A stretch of 64,000 nt of DNA from a virus (lineage: Duplodnaviria; Caudoviricetes), in IMG/VR virus record IMGVR_UViG_2724679654_000001, positions 15,221 through 79,220 of that record. The stretch is one strand, 5' to 3'. The position numbers were made by a program, and so were the translations under genes. The notes beneath the pieces were generated by a model. It searched no databases. It was given only the letters and a program-made list of their open reading frames with translations, and was not told where the DNA came from. Numbering within the stretch: position 1 is the stretch's first letter; the number at the start of each line of letters is the position of its first letter. Positions 1-7,953 of the stretch are shown here, piece by piece.

Positions 1-227
1 TTTTTTGTTTTCTCGGTTCCTGGTACTTCGCCATAAATTAAATATTCAACCGACACATTTAATAACTTACATAAATTCATTAAGTTACTAAGTTTTAAAT
101 TGGCAGTTTGCCCACTTTCCCATTTTGTTACAGCTACCCTGCTTACTCCTACTTTTTTTGCGACAAAATCTTGAGAGTATTCATATCCCTCTCTTAGTCT
201 TTTAATTCTTTGTCCTATTGTCTCCAT
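1..227 (-). CDS. cI: Phage CI-like repressor, XRE HTH N-terminus (runs off window start)
   Basis: Manual translation from ATG 227: METIGQRIKRLREGYEYSQDFVAKKVGVSRVAVTKWESGQTANLKLSNLMNLCKLFNVSVEYLIYG; divergent from a cro-like gene. Confidence 0.85.
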   Translation of the reverse strand, partial: METIGQRIKRLREGYEYSQDFVAKKVGVSRVAVTKWESGQTANLKLSNLMNLCKLLNVSVEYLIYGEVPGTEKTK

Positions 228-292
228 GTGAGCATGGTTACATAAATTATCGAAACTATAATTTGCATTTATTAGGTAACTATGGTTACAAT
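228..292. promoter_or_regulatory. Immunity region with three 14-bp operators and a PR-like promoter
   Basis: GTAAC-N4-GTTAC palindrome at 276-289; degenerate copies at 228-241 (gtgagcatggttac) and 252-265 (gaaactataatttg), 24-bp period; TTGCAT 263-268 and TACAAT 287-292. Confidence 0.7.
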
Positions 293-299
293 GATCAGT

Positions 300-503
300 A
301 TGGAACATAAAAATTATTCTAAGTTAATTGATGATATGGGCGGAACAGTAGCTGTTGCGAGGTTATGTAATGTGTCGTCGCAAGCTGTTTCAAAATGGAG
401 AAATGAAGGTATTCCTGAGGCAAGAGCTATGTATCTGGAGCTTTTGTTCCCGGATTTATTTGCTTCATTCAAACTGAAAACAAACTCTGAAGAAGCGGCA
501 TAG
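300..503 (+). CDS. cro: Cro-like HTH protein
   Basis: IDDMGGTVAVARLCNVSSQAVSKWRNEGIP Cro/YdaS-like HTH; ATG 300 lies just after the -10 box (probably leaderless); the track starts it at 282. Confidence 0.8.
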   Translation: MEHKNYSKLIDDMGGTVAVARLCNVSSQAVSKWRNEGIPEARAMYLELLFPDLFASFKLKTNSEEAA

Positions 504-571
504 TTTTCCATGATCAGCATGATCAATGATTATGCGCAGCACTTAAAGGCGAACAAAATAAGAGGATCGCT

Positions 572-1042
572 GTGAGACACACATCAATAAACGCTAAACA
601 ATCATACCGGGCGCTATTTTTAGCGCTACAGGCTGATGCAAAGAAATATCCCGGTGGGATAAGGGCTCTGGCAGAAATCATTGGTGTTAACGGAAGCACG
701 TTAGCGAATAACCTTAATCCGGATCACGAATCACTCCCGCCATCATTCGCCACAATCATAGAAATAATCATCCAGACGCAGGGCAAATCATCGGTTTTTG
801 CAATTTCTCAGTTTGTTGGTCAGGTGCCAATGGATTTGATGCTTGATGATAGTAGCTTGAATGACAGCAATCAGATTACGGTGTTTTTGAAGCTGGTTAA
901 AAGAGCGTCGGATCTGCTTGGTAAGGGTTCAGAGGCTGCGAGCGATATGCGTTTCGATGCTGGTGAACGAAGAGAATTACTTCCACTTTTGCTCGAACTG
1001 ATGCAGGTTTCAGCGCTTTTGTACAAATCATTCAATGAATAA
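572..1042 (+). CDS. CII-family phage regulatory protein
   Basis: YPGGIRALAEIIGVNGSTLANNLNPD motif; follows cro; GAGGA RBS. Confidence 0.7.
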   Translation: MRHTSINAKQSYRALFLALQADAKKYPGGIRALAEIIGVNGSTLANNLNPDHESLPPSFATIIEIIIQTQGKSSVFAISQFVGQVPMDLMLDDSSLNDSNQITVFLKLVKRASDLLGKGSEAASDMRFDAGERRELLPLLLELMQVSALLYKSFNE

Positions 1043-1154
1043 ACAGACTCATACCTTCCTTTATGAGATCTCACCGCAGAGGCCAGCGCACAACATATCG
1101 TGCGTAGTCGGATGGCACTCACTAATTCGCGTGTCTTTTGGGCACGCAATCAAA

Positions 1155-1227
1155 ACCCCTGTAGCTCAGTTGGTAGAGCGGTCATGATAATGCTGATAGG
1201 TCGCAGGTTCAAGTCCTGTCAGGGGCG
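1155..1227 (+). tRNA. Degenerate tRNA (probable pseudo-tRNA)
   Basis: Acceptor CCCCTG/CAGGGG, D-arm GCTC-agttggta-GAGC, T-arm GCAGG-TTCAAGT-CCTGT; anticodon arm mispaired, A:C at 1:72, CCC instead of CCA. Confidence 0.6.
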
Positions 1228-1364
1228 CCCAATTCCGAACTACCGAGGATTACTCGTGAGTTTATACGATGTTGTACTGCGAGGCTTTGCCGTGGCGTTA
1301 ACTTCCCTTTTCGCTACGGCTTTTTTTGTGATGTTATGCCACACAACCTCTCACGCTCACGCAT

Positions 1365-2297
1365 ATGACTGCCTACTACAACGAATTTGATCCGAAAACC
1401 GCAGCTTGGCTGAGGGAATTGATAAAGGAAAGATTGATTGCAAATGGTGAAGTTGATGAAAGATCAATTCTCGATGTCTCAGCAAGCGATTTGCGAGGAT
1501 ACAGCCAGCACCACTTTTTTGCCGGTATCGGTGGATGGTCATGCGCTCTCAGGCTTGCGGGGTGGCCAGATGATGTTGGAGTTTGGACAGCCAGCCTCCC
1601 TTGCCAGCCCTTCTCTGCTGCCGGTAAAGGGCTTGGAAAATCGGACGAAAGACATTTTTTGCCGCACTTCCTTGAGTTGGTCAGACAGTGCAAGCCTACA
1701 ACGTTGTTTGGAGAGCAGGTTCCAGGAGCTATTAAACACGGTTGGCTCGATGATATATACGCAGAAATGGAAGCGTTTGATTACGCCGTCGGGTCGATCA
1801 TATTGGGCGCACACAGCATCGGCGCGCCGCACATCAGGCAAAGATTGTACTGGGTGGCCGACAACATCAGCAACAGACCACAAGGGCGGATACCATGGCG
1901 GCAGGATCAGGAATGGGAAGCTGTCGGTGGACAGATTAGATGTGGCGGCACAATTAGCCGGTTGGGCGACCCCGAGAGTTACGACAAACGCCGGTTGCGG
2001 GAATCCGGAGCGATCGATGGACGGGAAGAGTCGCTTGGAGGATCAGGTGTATCTCGCAGAATCCAATGGATCGGATGCAGGGACGGAAAACAAAGGCCAA
2101 TTGAACCCGGCATTCAGCCGCTGGTTGATGTCGTTCCCAAAGGAATGGTGCGAGGCAGCGATACGAGCGCACAGATCAATGCCAACGCAACGGCGGAAGC
2201 GCGCGCTATGAGGTTAAAGGGATATGGCAATGCGATAGTGCCGCAATTGGCTGCTCAGTTTATTGGTGCATATATGGCCATTATGGGTGATCGATAA
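1365..2297 (+). CDS. DNA (cytosine-5) methyltransferase, alpha chain
   Basis: Motif I FFAGIGG, IV SLPCQPFS, VI GEQVPG, VIII HIRQRLYW, X RLKGYGNAIVP; no motif IX in this frame. Confidence 0.9.
   Translation: MTAYYNEFDPKTAAWLRELIKERLIANGEVDERSILDVSASDLRGYSQHHFFAGIGGWSCALRLAGWPDDVGVWTASLPCQPFSAAGKGLGKSDERHFLPHFLELVRQCKPTTLFGEQVPGAIKHGWLDDIYAEMEAFDYAVGSIILGAHSIGAPHIRQRLYWVADNISNRPQGRIPWRQDQEWEAVGGQIRCGGTISRLGDPESYDKRRLRESGAIDGREESLGGSGVSRRIQWIGCRDGKQRPIEPGIQPLVDVVPKGMVRGSDTSAQINANATAEARAMRLKGYGNAIVPQLAAQFIGAYMAIMGDR
1438..2211 (+). CDS. Nested +1-frame ORF, putative beta chain (TRD and motif IX) of the C5 methyltransferase; start uncertain
   Basis: 257 open codons inside the MTase gene; GWPTT/GWATP repeats and LNPAFSRWLMSFPKEW (motif IX-like). 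Confidence 0.7.
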   Translation: MQMVKLMKDQFSMSQQAICEDTASTTFLPVSVDGHALSGLRGGQMMLEFGQPASLASPSLLPVKGLENRTKDIFCRTSLSWSDSASLQRCLESRFQELLNTVGSMIYTQKWKRLITPSGRSYWAHTASARRTSGKDCTGWPTTSATDHKGGYHGGRIRNGKLSVDRLDVAAQLAGWATPRVTTNAGCGNPERSMDGKSRLEDQVYLAESNGSDAGTENKGQLNPAFSRWLMSFPKEWCEAAIRAHRSMPTQRRKRAL

Positions 2298-3164
2298 ATG
2301 CATTACTACCAGCACAACATTGGGGACTACAGAAGGGACACGGTTCATTTGTCACTTCTTGAACATGGCGTTTATCGTCAGTTGTTGGATATGTATTACT
2401 TATCGGAATCACCAATACCCAAAGAAACCCAGCAGGTTATTCGTAGGTTATCAGCAAGAACCCAGGATGAAATAAGTGCAATAGAAATCATCCTTGATGA
2501 GTTCTTTACTTTAACTGATGAGGGATGGATTCATAAAAGATGCGATATGGAAATCGCTGATTACAGACATAAAGCAGAGAATTCAAGGAAAAACGGAAAG
2601 AAGGGCGGTAGGCCAATGTCAATACCAGAGCCTGACAAAACCCAGCAGGTTATTCTGGGTAACCCAGAACATAACCAAAACAAACCTGAACGCATTAACG
2701 CATTAACCAAAGAACCAATAAACCAAGAACCAGAGGATATAACACACACTTATTATCCCTCCCAACAGTGTAGCGATGAAGTTGAGAATTATTCTCAAAA
2801 ACCAGAACAGACCGCAACAGATCCACCGAAAGCACCCGGCAAGCAAACCCCAGCGGCAAGCGTGTGCCTTGCCATCAAAAAAATTGGGATCATCGATGTA
2901 AATTCATCGCATCCAGAGCTTTTGATGATGATCGAGGCTGGCGCAACAATCGATGAATTTGTCTACGCAGCACGAACCGCGAAGGATAAGGGAAAAGGAT
3001 TTTCGTACATTTTGGGGATCGTTAGAGGACAGAGAACCGAGGCTTTGCAGGCTAAAGTAAAGGTTCTGCATGGCAAGATTCCGAACAAAGCAGATCGGAT
3101 ATTGCAAAGCAACATGGATGCTGTAAGTGATTGGGAACCTCCAGAAATGAGGGTAGAGAAATGA
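2298..3164 (+). CDS. Phage replication initiator (DUF1376/YdaU-like, lambda O position)
   Basis: MHYYQHNIGDYRRDTVHLSLLEHGVYRQLLDMYY N-terminus; NGKKGGRP motif. Confidence 0.85.
   Translation: MHYYQHNIGDYRRDTVHLSLLEHGVYRQLLDMYYLSESPIPKETQQVIRRLSARTQDEISAIEIILDEFFTLTDEGWIHKRCDMEIADYRHKAENSRKNGKKGGRPMSIPEPDKTQQVILGNPEHNQNKPERINALTKEPINQEPEDITHTYYPSQQCSDEVENYSQKPEQTATDPPKAPGKQTPAASVCLAIKKIGIIDVNSSHPELLMMIEAGATIDEFVYAARTAKDKGKGFSYILGIVRGQRTEALQAKVKVLHGKIPNKADRILQSNMDAVSDWEPPEMRVEK
2425..2735 (+). repeat. Iteron-like repeats inside the initiator gene (candidate ori)
   Basis: AAACCCAGCAGGTTATTC at about 2425 and 2638, followed by AACC(C)A-rich repeats; lambdoid origins lie within gene O. Confidence 0.45.
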
Positions 3165-3820
3165 CTGAAAAAGACTTTGAAAAATTCCGCGATGGATTGG
3201 CAGGTGTTTATGGATTTTACGATAAGGAAATCAATACTTTCGCGCTTGATACCTGGTGGAATGCACTAAAGCAATTCGATCTGCCAGCAATCGTGCAAGC
3301 CTTCAATCGGCATGTGGTAAACACCGAATCAGGAAGGTGGCTACCAAAACCGGCTGACATTATTCGCATGTTGCAAGGTTCAACTCAAGATGCGGCAATG
3401 GTGGCATGGGCAAAGGTTGATAAAGCAGTGCGTCACAAGGGGACATACGTTGATGTGGTCTTTGATGATTCATTGATTCACCGGGTATTGCATGACATGG
3501 GCGGTTGGATTGCTTTGGGTCAAAAAAATGAGGATGAATGGCCGTTCGTGGCAAGGGAATTTGAAAACCGGTACCGTGGTTTTCGTGAGCGCAGCGAGAT
3601 ACCGGAATACCCGGCTGTATTGACAGGGATAGCCAATGCATACAACCGAAGCAAGGGACAGACGATACAGCCTTGCGTGATGATTGGTAATGAAGCTGCT
3701 TGTCGGCGTGTGCTCTCTGGCGGCACTGACAAACCGCTGGTTGGGTTCACGCAGGTCGATAAGGCGATACCTGAACTTAGTCTTATTTTTGATGCAAGCA
3801 GAAAAGACAAAAAAGCATGA
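3161..3820 (+). CDS. Replication accessory protein / helicase-loader position (DUF6475-like)
   Basis: WLPKPADII and LIHRVLHDMGGW motifs; ATGA overlap with the initiator. Confidence 0.7.
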   Translation: MTEKDFEKFRDGLAGVYGFYDKEINTFALDTWWNALKQFDLPAIVQAFNRHVVNTESGRWLPKPADIIRMLQGSTQDAAMVAWAKVDKAVRHKGTYVDVVFDDSLIHRVLHDMGGWIALGQKNEDEWPFVAREFENRYRGFRERSEIPEYPAVLTGIANAYNRSKGQTIQPCVMIGNEAACRRVLSGGTDKPLVGFTQVDKAIPELSLIFDASRKDKKA

Positions 3821-4026
3821 CTGAATGCCAGTGCATAGATTGCTCAGAAACGCCAGATCCAAAATACAGCGAGCAATACCGGCACGAAACCGAAGTAAGG
3901 GAAGTGATTCGGAGAGCCAGAACCGAATAGAAGATTGAATCATACCTGGAAGGTATAGAGAAGAAGCGGGGATTTGCGGCGATGCAACGATTGAGAATGG
4001 ATTTGCTGAAGGAAAGGCGCAAGTAG
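3817..4026 (+). pseudogene. Small phage protein interrupted by an in-frame TAG (3928-3930)
   Basis: MTECQCIDC...YSEQYRHETEVR...RTE*KIESYLEGIEKKRGFAAMQRLRMD; ATGA-coupled to the upstream gene and open after the stop. Confidence 0.55.
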
Positions 4027-4101
4027 ATCAGGAAATTAGAATTTATAAAAGCATTTATGGGTACTTCGGGCGGACGTTTTTGATAATGGCGCCTGCATTT
4101 A

Positions 4102-4133
4102 TAGCCGGGCTTTAATCGGCTCGGCTACTTTTT
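4102..4133 (+). terminator. Rho-independent terminator
   Basis: TAGCCGGGC-loop-GCTCGGCTA followed by CTTTTT. Confidence 0.55.
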
Positions 4134-4152
4134 AATATCGATATTTAGCAAA

Positions 4153-4818
4153 ATGAACCAGCAAATCATCAAAACATCGACGATCATGAATGTTGACTGC
4201 ATGGAATTCATGCGCACGGTACCAGATAGTTATTTCGATCTTGCTGTGACAGATCCGCCGTACTTTGATGGCCCGCAAAAGCCTGGATATTACGAAGGAT
4301 CGAAGCAAAGATCAAAGACTGGTAACTACAAGGATATTTCAAAAACTTGGGCGGTACCCGGTCAGGAATACATGGATGAATTGGTTCGGGTATCCAAAAA
4401 CCAGATTATTTGGGGAATAAATTACTACGATTTTGCCGCTCCTGGTGGCCGGATTATTTGGATAAAAGGCGAGCAGGGAAGCCCGTTCAGTATGGCAGAA
4501 ATCGCCTATCAGTCATTTTATAACCGGATTGATATTTTTAAACACCTTTGGTCTGGTTTCTGGCAAGAGCCGGGAGTACAAAAAGAAGTCAGGATTCACC
4601 CGACACAGAAGCCGGTGCGGTTGTATGAGTGGATATTGAACAAATACGCCAAGTCAGGACAGAAAATTTATGATTCGCACTTAGGGTCGGGATCATCTGC
4701 AATTGCAGCAAATAACATGGGTTTTGAGTTTGTCGGGTGTGAGCTGGACGGTGATTATTACAAAGCTGCGTGTAAGCGTATTACGGCAAATGAACAACAA
4801 ATGAGGTTATTTGCATGA
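4153..4818 (+). CDS. DNA N6-adenine/N4-cytosine methyltransferase (beta class)
   Basis: DLAVTDPPY, HPTQKPV, YDSHLGSGSS. Confidence 0.9.
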   Translation: MNQQIIKTSTIMNVDCMEFMRTVPDSYFDLAVTDPPYFDGPQKPGYYEGSKQRSKTGNYKDISKTWAVPGQEYMDELVRVSKNQIIWGINYYDFAAPGGRIIWIKGEQGSPFSMAEIAYQSFYNRIDIFKHLWSGFWQEPGVQKEVRIHPTQKPVRLYEWILNKYAKSGQKIYDSHLGSGSSAIAANNMGFEFVGCELDGDYYKAACKRITANEQQMRLFA

Positions 4819-5315
4819 GCCAGCAAGTAAACGAATTCTTAGTAAAGCCAAAGCGTAGACCAGAGAAAATATATTTGCGTGTGGCAAAAAATGGTCTAGT
4901 TCCTGCCGATCCTTATGCAGAGACCAGATTGAGGGAAAAGAAATACAAAGTAGGGGATGTTTTATCGGCTCAATTATCGAAACTTCGCAAACCAGGAACG
5001 CATAAAAACGCTCACAAAATCGGCGTGTTGATGATGCAAAGCCACGATGATTTTAGGTATTACGTGAGCGCGCATGACGTATTGAAGCGACTACAAATTG
5101 AATCTGGTGCGGCGTGCGAAGAAATAAAAATTAAAAAGCGCGGTGGAGATTGGGATTTGCATCGATACCCTCTAAGCCTAAGTTTTGACAATTTAGGAGA
5201 GGCTGAATTTAATGAGGCTATGAGAGTTATCTGCAGGTACATAGTTGATGTCTACTGGCAGGACTTAGATCCTGAAGAAATTGAGGAAATGGCAGAGAGA
5301 ATGCCAAATGAGTAA
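4815..5315 (+). CDS. Nin-region phage protein (DUF1367-like)
   Basis: PLSLSFDNLGEAEF C-terminal motif; position in the early operon. Confidence 0.5.
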   Translation: MSQQVNEFLVKPKRRPEKIYLRVAKNGLVPADPYAETRLREKKYKVGDVLSAQLSKLRKPGTHKNAHKIGVLMMQSHDDFRYYVSAHDVLKRLQIESGAACEEIKIKKRGGDWDLHRYPLSLSFDNLGEAEFNEAMRVICRYIVDVYWQDLDPEEIEEMAERMPNE

Positions 5316-5607
5316 CAGGATTACCGAAAGCGCAAGAGGCAAGCAATGCCAAATAAGGATACCGGGCGTGTGCAATCACAACCCGGAAACAGTTGTCTGG
5401 TGCCATGCAAACGGTCTGGCTTCTGGTAAGGGTGTTGGTAAGAAAAGCTTCGATTTGGGTGGAGCTTATGGCTGTCATGCCTGCCATGATGCTTATGATA
5501 GGAGAATAAATACTTATTTGCCTTATGAGTATATCCAGGTGTGTTTTTTTGAGGGTCATTTGAGGTCTTTGCAAATATTAATAAACGAAGGATTGATAAG
5601 GATATGA
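5308..5607 (+). CDS. DUF1364/YbcO-like zinc-binding nuclease-fold protein
   Basis: SARGKQCQIRIPGVCNHNPETVVWCH...GAYGCHACHD. Confidence 0.85.
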   Translation: MSNRITESARGKQCQIRIPGVCNHNPETVVWCHANGLASGKGVGKKSFDLGGAYGCHACHDAYDRRINTYLPYEYIQVCFFEGHLRSLQILINEGLIRI

Positions 5608-5897
5608 CTGATTTCGTTACAGCAAACACAACACCGGTTAATGAAACCGGCTATGCATGCACGTCAAGAGATTTGCGCCAAGAAGCAGAAAAACTTGATG
5701 AGTTAAATGACGGTAATACCCTGCAATTCATAGAACAAGATGATGGTGTTATCAATATAAAGCATGAGTGCGGCAGTGCTATCGGTGACTTAGTAAAGCG
5801 CGATGGGAAGTACCGATTAACATTTTTGTATACCTATGACAATGCTGATGGGCTGTATCAAATTGCTGACAAATTAAAACAGTTGAACGGTAAATGA
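5604..5897 (+). CDS. Hypothetical phage protein
   Basis: ATGA-coupled on both sides. Confidence 0.6.
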   Translation: MTDFVTANTTPVNETGYACTSRDLRQEAEKLDELNDGNTLQFIEQDDGVINIKHECGSAIGDLVKRDGKYRLTFLYTYDNADGLYQIADKLKQLNGK

Positions 5898-6379
5898 CAG
5901 CTTTTTCTCCAGCATTCAGGAAAAGCATTGAGGAGCGCTTAAAAAGCGGCACTCTGAGGGTGTCCGGGCAATCTGTTCAGTCAGTTCCAGCAATCAGTAA
6001 TCGCCGCAGCATCTCAGGAAGCGAATCAATGCGCAACATGCAGGCGCTTGGCCGCATGAAAACCGGCAAGATGAATAAAACAGAAGCCACGTACTCACAG
6101 TACTTGGAGGCATTGAAAGCGTGCGGTGAGATTGTCTGGTGGAAGTTTGAAGCTATAAAGCTGCGGTTGGCAGATAACACGTATTACACGGCAGATTTCT
6201 TTGTCATGAAAGCTGACGGTAAGCTAGAAGTTCATGAAGTTAAAGGATTTATGCTTGAAGATGCAAATGTAAAAATTAAGATCGCGGCAGAGATTTTCCC
6301 GTTCAGGTTCTTCCTGATAAAAAAAAGAAAAAAACATCCCGGCCAATGGGACATTAAAGAAATTGGAAATGGTAATTAA
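5894..6379 (+). CDS. DUF1064-like PD-(D/E)XK nuclease
   Basis: MNKTEATY...YTADF...EVHEVKG. Confidence 0.8.
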   Translation: MTAFSPAFRKSIEERLKSGTLRVSGQSVQSVPAISNRRSISGSESMRNMQALGRMKTGKMNKTEATYSQYLEALKACGEIVWWKFEAIKLRLADNTYYTADFFVMKADGKLEVHEVKGFMLEDANVKIKIAAEIFPFRFFLIKKRKKHPGQWDIKEIGNGN

Positions 6380-7079
6380 TGGCACAACGGTACCAATATC
6401 GACAAACAAACGAGGTAAATTGTTAATGGCCGACAACAGACCGCCCCTGGATATTCCAAAAGCAACTACGCGCGCAGCATTGGCCAAAAATATAGGTATC
6501 AGATTGCGCGCAGCAAGAGAATCAATCGGAATGCAACAAAGTGACGCGGCTAGACGGCTAGGATATGCCAATTCATCGAAATTGGCCAAGATCGAGGGCG
6601 GAACAGACACAAATTCTGTTCCGCATTGGATGATTCTGAGAGCCGCCAGACTTTATGAGGTGTCGATCGATTACATTTACGGTGAATCGGATGACTGGGA
6701 GTTGAGCGCCAGAGCTTTGCAAGAAAGGGATATGGCCAAATGGATGATGGAGGCGTGGGAGGCTGGTCGCCAGCGTGATATGGAGACATTGAAGAGGCTC
6801 AAAATCAGGCTTGATGCTATCAGTGAATCAGCCGCTTTAATGTTCTCCGCATCGCAGGATGTGAATGACGCATTTAATAGATTCGTTGAGCTTAATTCAG
6901 AAACTTTTGATGACATGCGCGGAGGAAGCAGACTGCTTTCTGCTATCGGCCGCTTGTTGGACGTATCCGGTACCAGCAAAAGGAAGGTCACGAGGTTTAG
7001 CAGTGAGTGTGCGGTCCCTGGTATTGGGCAGCTTATCGTGTCGCAGTCTGATAATCCGATTCAAAAGAAATTGTTGTGA
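6369..7079 (+). CDS. XRE-family HTH regulator; candidate late-gene activator
   Basis: IGIRLRAARESIGMQQSDAARRLGYANSSKLAKIEGG; immediately upstream of the terminase genes. Confidence 0.75.
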   Translation: MVINGTTVPISTNKRGKLLMADNRPPLDIPKATTRAALAKNIGIRLRAARESIGMQQSDAARRLGYANSSKLAKIEGGTDTNSVPHWMILRAARLYEVSIDYIYGESDDWELSARALQERDMAKWMMEAWEAGRQRDMETLKRLKIRLDAISESAALMFSASQDVNDAFNRFVELNSETFDDMRGGSRLLSAIGRLLDVSGTSKRKVTRFSSECAVPGIGQLIVSQSDNPIQKKLL

Positions 7080-7083
7080 TTGT

Positions 7084-7950
7084 ATGGCAGCAAAACCAAA
7101 ATTAACACTGGAAGAGTGGGCTAAGGTACGAGCGGCCTGGGAAGCCGACCCGCGCGAAGGATATGCGTGGATTATTGAGGAATTATCGCTGCCAGTATCT
7201 GCGCCGGGTGTACGCAAGGTTTCTATTCGTGATCAATGGAAAAAGAAAAGCAAGAAACCATCAAATAAGGATGCCGCAAAGCTATCAAATCCCAAGAAAA
7301 CAGCAGAAGAATCAAGCAAGTTAATACCTAAAAGAAAGGTTTCCAAGGTTTCTAAGGAAAACCATGCAAAGGTTTCGGAAACCATCGATATAGAAACCAT
7401 CAATGATGAGCCGGAAACTGATAATGAAGCAGGAAGTGGATCCGCGGGTAGACCTACGTGTTACAGAGAAAAGTATAATAAACAGGCGTATAGGTTATGC
7501 CTGTTGGGCGCAACAGATGACGAGCTGGCTGAGTTCTTTGAGGTCGATGTTAGCACCATTAATAGGTGGAAAATTGATCACTCGGGATTTTACGAGTCAT
7601 TAAAAAAGGGAAAGATGTCCGCTGACTCCAGAGTGGCGGAGAGATTGTACGAGAGAGCCATGGGTTACTCGCACCCTGAAATCCACGTGAGTAATCATCA
7701 AGGAGAAATTACTCAAACCGAATTAATTAAGCATTATCCGCCCGATACTGCGGCCGCATTTATTTGGTTAAAGAACCGTCAGCCTGGGAAATGGCGCGAT
7801 AAGATCGAAGTCGGTATTAATGTGAAACTGGACCGGGAAACATTGATTCAGATTGAGCAAACCTTCATGGAAAAGATGACGCAGGCAAGGGAGCGTCAAA
7901 AAGCCTTGCTTGTGGAGCGCGGCATCCTGATAGAACACGGTCAAGATTAG
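7084..7950 (+). CDS. Terminase small subunit (PacA position)
   Basis: GRPTCY...LCLLGATDDELAEFFEV, HYPPDTAAAFIWLKNRQPGKWRDK; ATG 7084 (the track extends to 6865). Confidence 0.85.
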   Translation: MAAKPKLTLEEWAKVRAAWEADPREGYAWIIEELSLPVSAPGVRKVSIRDQWKKKSKKPSNKDAAKLSNPKKTAEESSKLIPKRKVSKVSKENHAKVSETIDIETINDEPETDNEAGSGSAGRPTCYREKYNKQAYRLCLLGATDDELAEFFEVDVSTINRWKIDHSGFYESLKKGKMSADSRVAERLYERAMGYSHPEIHVSNHQGEITQTELIKHYPPDTAAAFIWLKNRQPGKWRDKIEVGINVKLDRETLIQIEQTFMEKMTQARERQKALLVERGILIEHGQD

Positions 7951-7953
7951 CCA

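Noticed and set aside
3928-3930. Amber stop-codon recoding in the phage
   Set aside because: Only one in-frame TAG was noticed; many intact genes end in TAG (for example 503, 7950, 21070, 41829) and the tRNA-like element has no CTA anticodon.
6865-7083. N-terminal extension of the small terminase given by the ORF track
   Set aside because: It overlaps the XRE gene with shadow-like sequence; ATG 7084 just after the upstream stop is more plausible.
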